This document shows positions 57,905 to 64,000 of a stretch of DNA of 64,000 nt, piece after piece. The notes below the pieces were generated by a model, which was not told the origin of the DNA, did not search any database, and was given only the letters and a program-made list of their open reading frames with translations. Each line of letters begins with the position of its first letter. Within the stretch, counting starts at the first letter, position 1. The stretch is from Nemertoderma westbladi (taxonomy: Eukaryota; Animalia; Xenacoelomorpha), in contig JAUCBJ010007194.1 of assembly GCA_032718475.1 (NCBI GenBank), positions 53,027 through 117,026 of the forward strand, read 5' to 3'. Both the position numbers and the translations under genes were made by a program.

Positions 57905-59220
57905 GTTTGTTTATAAAGTTGGATGCCTACTGCTAGAACTACAGTTAAAGCAAGTCTAGTAATTCAGTATCAACTATAAGCCTAGTAATTAATTACCAAT
58001 ATCGTTACTCAGTGTAACGTGATATATATACACATTATATTAGAATACCGGTATACACTTATAGTATATATATAAGTATTATTACAGACCAGGTTTGTCA
58101 CAGAATACCGGTATATAATTTCAGCGCAAGTATATATAAATATATAATAAGCCTACTGTGAATACCGGTATACAACTTACACTTATAGTATATAAGTATA
58201 ATTATAGACTAGAATTAATTACAGAATACCGGTATATAATTTCAGCTTAAATTTATAGAAATAAATATAATAAGCCTACTGTAAATACCGGTATGTCAAT
58301 TATTTTAGAATAATTGAATTTCTGAATTTTAGGGGTTACTTGGTTACTTTACTTTACTTTATTACCGTTATTTAAGCAGTAGTCCAACTGATATTAAGAC
58401 CTAATTGATGTATAACAGGCCTACTATTTTATAAATCGGTTTGAGTTGATTTATATATATACCCGTATAATGGGTTTTTGTCAATGTTTGAAATAAATGT
58501 TATTATTTCTGGTAAGGAGTCACTTCACAGAAGCTAAACGCTCTCAGTGGAGTGCTACTTATTGTATTGGACACTAAAACAAATAATTCTAATTTACTAA
58601 GTTACTTATTACTACAACTTATGTACAATTGCGGGGTGAGATTACAATCTCTAAATAAACACAAAAAATTACACGTACAAATTTTAGGGGTAATTTTACA
58701 AGAAGTCTATAAACCAGCCTAACAAGGGGTTAGAATTTCTGGTTATTACAAACGGACAGGATACTACGGTATTTGAAAATAATAAAGCAGTAGTAAATAT
58801 ATTGCGTTGTCCAGATAGGAAAAATACCACCGTCTGACGACTTATTGCCATAGCGCTATAAATACTACGAAATGTACCCGGAGTGTTCCTACCTAGAAGT
58901 TAATTACCGCAGCCTACTATAGCTAACGTGCCTATTAACCACTTTACAAGTACTTATGGTACTTAGGTACATAGGTACGTAGGTTACTTAGGTACAAGTA
59001 CTTATACAACAAATAACCAGCAGTTAAAAATACTTGTACAGCTAAAAGAACCACGGTATCTGCCGGAGTGACCAGAGCATAAAATCACCAGTCTTTACCT
59101 ACGCCGAACAGCCCTGATGTAGTACCGGGGTTAATTTAACTATAACAGTATGTATAACAAGCAGAATTACTGTAGGAATAAACTTGGGGAATTGGAGGTT
59201 GCGAATACTCGCATAGACTC

Positions 59221-62131
59221 TGTTCGCGCTTTCAGACCTTTGGCAGTTTAACCCACCAAATTAAGATGTCTTCTAGATATTAAATCTGTTTTTAGTCTAT
59301 GACAAGTATTTGATTCACTACACTAGTCGAAACCAATCCGTGCGCGACCATTCACCCGCTGGAGATTCCCGGGAGATTGGGTTCGACGGTTTAATTTTAT
59401 TGCTATGTAAGCCTAATGTATTATTCGACTGACAGTATTATATAATCTCTGACAATATTATTCACCTTCGGTAATATTAACAGTTCCTTTAGGACGTGGC
59501 GCTTTATCTATATAAACAGAGTTATGACTTAAACTACTCACAACGATATGGCTTAATTATAATTCACATATATGGCGCATTCTTTAGGAATTGCTTCTTT
59601 AACAGACTCACTCATACACAATGCTGCACAATACTGCACACTAATCTGCCAATCTTCACTGATTTTAGTCACATATAAAAGGAACACAGACTGACTCATG
59701 TAGGGTCTATCAAATAACATTAGATTCACTTCAAACCACTTTAACATAAGTCACAATCGTTTATCTGTAACCCTTCTCTCTTACCTTCGGTATATCAAGA
59801 ATATTGGGTTTCGGGGTTGTTTATCGTTATTCCAAATATAATAATTCATCAACCATATTATGAAGAACTGACGGTAAATAGCAGTATAAAACAACAACTG
59901 AACACTGATTGTTACGAGTTTGCAATGTTTCAGCAGTCAGGATGTATGATCCGTCAGCAGTAGTCTTTAGGTATGCCGATATGTCAGTTAAAGGATATAT
60001 GCCCTTTATAATTAAACCTACTAGTGTAAGACTAAAAACAGTAAGGCACAAAATACTTCCAAGCCGTTCTTTCTTAGGCTCAGGACTGAATGTAAACACT
60101 GCACATAGGCATTGCGTCATTTCTCGGAAATTTTCTGTACAAGGAGCCACAAAAACGCTCTAATTGGCTGACTGAACTGAGAGACGCCGTAGAACAAAGG
60201 AAATCAACACGTATGAATGTCAGCTGTTAACCGTAGTCATAGTAACTACTGTTCAAGAGTAGCTATCACCCCTTTGCGTCACGAATTGCCATAGCATCAT
60301 AAAATATGCCTTTCACAGTACACATACGGAGGAAATAGGTCTTAGATCCTCTAAAAACACCGATACAGCAATAATACGGTCTCTTACACTTATTAAATCA
60401 ACTACAGAGTATTTTAATGTAAAAGATAATAAAAATAACGGGGCAATTCAGCAAAGGCTTTTACACCGCTCCCAGAAAATGGGATTTTCAGTCTATAAAA
60501 TATAAAAATCACAGTTTCTAAAACATAAAGATACTCTAAACAGTTAGTCTTTCTTACGCAGACGGCGTTTACGCAGTTTTTTGAGGCTAGCAAGAGTCTT
60601 TTTCTCTTTGGGGGGAGCCACTTTACTAGGAGGGCCATAACTCCTGGGTGAAGGGTGCAATATGATTGCATCAGAAGGTGTAGGATTGTGGTCGAGGTAT
60701 CTGCCGTTTCGATATGCTTCTCCTCGAGCTGATTTTCCTCCGCTCGTAGCTGGATACGTTCATCCAAAAACTCTCGCAGAGAATAGGATCGTCCAAGTTC
60801 GATAACTTCTTAGAGATTCTGGATTTCCCAATCGAATTGAGATAAGGCCAATTCGTTTATCGATTGGACTCACTGTTATAACTTACGTTTATCTGAACAA
60901 ACGCAGGTTTCCTTTTTGATCTTTATAAAATAGCGTTTAACTCGTTTCGTACAACGCTCTCCTTCACCTTGATGAGGGGTTGTATCGCGTTAAACGTGGA
61001 CGACCATACGGTTGGATAGTGATATTAGGTGTCCGCGTCACAATCCGGCTAGGTAAGATGGGCGGCTAGCTAGAAATCACTGTCGGAGTGTTACCGATTA
61101 ATTGTTAGGGTAGCACTAGATCTTTGAACAGTGAATACAGTCCGCGAGGATCCGCGACACCACCAAGATCGCAGGTCTGAGGTCCAACTAAGGAATGAGG
61201 AGGTTTGACCGAGTATTCCGGGACTCTGATCGTAGGTTTACTCCAGGATCGTTCGAGCCGAGTGAGCATAGGTGATACGTCAACAAGTTTCGGTTTACGT
61301 GGATGTTTATGTCTTTCCGTTTATTAGTTGGGTCTAGGGCATTTATCGTAATAATACCAAAGACGCACGTCTGGTAGGGTAAACGCGGGTGATATTTATT
61401 TGTTGTTACAATGCTTCTATCAAGAATTCCAAATATACGTTGGAGTTACCGCGTCCATTTGTTTCTTAAGTGTCTTTTCTTTCGAGTCGATTTCGAATAG
61501 AATTTTCGCATTCGAATTTCCGTTTATGGTTCCGACTCCGCTGGGCAGGATATATAGTCGACATAGTCCGTATTGTGTAAATCGATAGGATGACAAGACC
61601 ATCTTCTATCAACTCCGTCATATCTGCTATATATGAGTTTATCCATATTATAATGAGTTTATATTTAGGCGAGCGGGCGTCGCTGCCTACCCCAATCAAC
61701 CCCGGACAGTACGAGATCCTCAGCGCCGATGTGTCGTCGCCGCTGTACTTTCGCCAACGACGTAGCCGCACAACGACAACGACAACCGGCACAAGTCACT
61801 CAACTGTCCGTCCCAAAGGCTTAGATGTACTTCAGGTTTCCTTGGAGAGTTAGGTTACTTTTACGATTGCGACTAGCTACTGTAAACACACCTTAGCAGT
61901 AACATTCACCTATAAACTCACAAATACCACACACACAACTTGTCACAAATTACACACATTCGGGCCATTTGTCCGTTAGTCAATGCCTTCCAGAATGTCA
62001 CTGTATTATTATGTATCCTTGGATACTAGTAGTGCGCTATTTATTCCCTATGTTATTCAATGGGACAAGCTTTCTATTGTTCTTTTAATTCAATTCTAAT
62101 TCTAGCGTGGTTGTTGCTATGGTGACATTAT
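59221..62131 (-). mobile_element. Family-1 copy C: 3' LTR (59221-60465) plus 3' region, interrupted by a LINE
   Basis: The LTR is followed on the plus strand by the PPT complement and extra-ORF remnants, so it is a 3' LTR and not B's 5' LTR. Confidence 0.9.
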
Positions 62132-64000
62132 TTTTTTAACTTTTTTTTTTAACTTTAATTATTTCTTTCATAACATTACATTAACATTACATTACATAAC
62201 ATAACATAACAACGATTAATTATTGGTTGTATAATATAGAATGCACGTACATTTGGGCAATAGCAGAGCTAGTATAGCCCAACTGTACACACTGTAATGC
62301 TATGGGGGCGGGGGGTGGGGGTGGGGGGGGGGGGGGGTCGTTCTTTACTTACTTACTCGTGATTCGATAGGATGTTAGATAGGATTTTAATAAGTAAATA
62401 TTATTAATTAGTTAGATCGTGGGACTCATGTCTATACCGTTCATATATAGATTACCGCTATGCGCGATACGTAAGCTGTAGTTAATATGAGTTAATATAT
62501 TCACTGTATTAATTAAAGTGAGGATTCATCGTTACAATTTGTTAAATAAAAACCATAAAATCAAAAGTAAATTTTATTAAAGCGATTCCAGTAAGTATGT
62601 TTTTAGTTTTTTTACAAATGAATTTTTTGAAGTTGAGTTTTTTATTTGCGGTGGTAATTTATTCCAGACATCAGGACCTTGAAAACTCATGGATCGCTGT
62701 GAAGAGTCTAGTCGTACAGTATCTATGTAATAGTCACCGCGAGCCGCTGAGCGTGTATTATATTTATGTATAGTTGAGGATTTCCTAAATAAGTTCTGTA
62801 GTGTTTGATTTGTTATTATATTATTATTAATCTTGAACATAAAGATGCCTACTTGGAGTTTATATAGCAAGTCTAAAGGGAGAATAGATAGGGATTTATA
62901 GATAGGTTGAGCTGTAGATCTATAGCGGTTGAAGGTAATACACCTAACTATTTTATTAATTTTTGTCCGTAAGGGATTTAGTGTAGTAGAATGCGCACTA
63001 CCCCATAGTATAATGCCGTAATTGAGATAGGGATGAATTAGAGTGAAATATAGTTGCCTATTGATGTGTAATGGGAATATATGACGTAATTTATAAAATA
63101 TACCGGCAGTTTTGGAAATTTTAGATAGTATATATTTTATGTGTATTTGCCAGTTTAATTTATTGTCTACGTAAATTCCTAAGAATTTAGTACTATTTGT
63201 AAGTGTTATATTTTGGTTATTAATTTTTAATCTGTTAATATCCTGGGAATTTTTTAATATGTTGGAGAATACAGTGGTTTCAGTTTTTTTTAGATTTAGT
63301 GATAGACGATTTTCAATCAGCCAATCAGCAACGTTATTTAATTCAGAATTAATATTATTAATTAGATGAGTTATATTGTTGCCGGATTGGAAGAGTGTCG
63401 TATCATCAGCGAATAAAGTTGATAGAAGGGTAGTGGCATTAGGTAGATCATTAATATAAAGGAGGAAAAGTAAAGGAGAGAGTACTCCTCCTTGTGGTAG
63501 CCCACAGAGGAGAGGGAGTAGAGAGGAGCAGCGAGAGTCTAAGGATACGTACTGTAATCGGGATGATAGAAAGCTAGCAATTAGTTTTAGAGGGAGCCCG
63601 CGTACGCCATAGCATTCTAGTTTATTTAGTAGGATTTTGTGGTTGATTGTATCAAAGGCCTTTTTTAGATCAATGTAAATAGCGCAGGTTGATTGTTTCT
63701 GGTCTAGTGCTTTATGAATTTTTTCAATGACTGAGAGGAGAGCGTGCGACGTTGATGTTTTAGGGCGAAAACCATATTGAGAGTTTGACAGGATGAAGTA
63801 TTTGGAGATGTAAGACTGTAGTTGCGAATTTATTATCTGTTCAAATGTTTTACTTAAAATCGGCAGGAGTGAAATTGGACGGTAATTGTTTGGGTCCGTT
63901 GGATCTTCGGTTTTAAAGGACGGAATAATTTTAGCTATTTGCAGTGATTTGGGGAAGAATCCTTGGGTTATAGAGAGATTTATAAGGCTACTTAGACGGA
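62132..64000 (-). mobile_element. L2/Crack-type LINE: RT, 3' UTR and A-rich tail; runs off the window
   Basis: Reads NYRPISLLP, QYGFR, IDLKKAFDTINH, GLPQG..LLFLLYINDLP, LFADDT, KFLGI and FQGPDVWNKLP. T-rich tail at 62132-62152 on the plus strand. Confidence 0.92.

Larger units (their letters stand above)
44249..59220 (-). mobile_element. Bel/Pao family-1 copy B with full gag-pol; 5' leader interrupted by copy C
   Basis: 3' LTR at 44249-45419, then 3' region, pol and gag. Leader homologous to A 24442-25770, ending abruptly at 59220. Confidence 0.94.

Noticed and set aside
59221-60465. 5' LTR of element B
   Set aside because: It is followed by a PPT and 3'-region sequence, cuts B's leader ~950 bp short relative to A, and is clearly diverged from B's 3' LTR. 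It belongs to nested copy C.

Overview
AT-rich eukaryotic DNA, probably from a marine invertebrate (inferred from the TE families), made almost entirely of nested transposable elements. No host gene was recognised. It holds six Bel/Pao LTR retrotransposon copies from three families. Family 1 has four copies: copy 0 at 1-4320(+), A at 15729-27906(-), B at 44249-59220(-) and C at 59221-62131(-). Family 2 is D at 12185-37256(-), which hosts A. Family 3 is E at 39827-43654(-). There is also a CRE-clade RLE LINE, RTE and L2/Crack-type LINEs, and several MITE/foldback DNA elements. Three signals stand out. (i) A and D lack a tRNA-type (TGG...) PBS; in each, the 12 nt next to the 5' LTR are perfectly complementary to a 12-mer inside their own LTR, suggesting tRNA-independent self-priming. 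(ii) D carries a decayed extra 3' ORF resembling a DEDDy (WRN/EXD2/Mut-7-like) 3'-5' exonuclease followed by tandem CCHC knuckles. (iii) D also carries a GNRA-tetraloop hairpin with a bulged A, repeated 9 times. All coordinates and alignments were read by eye; no searches were run.
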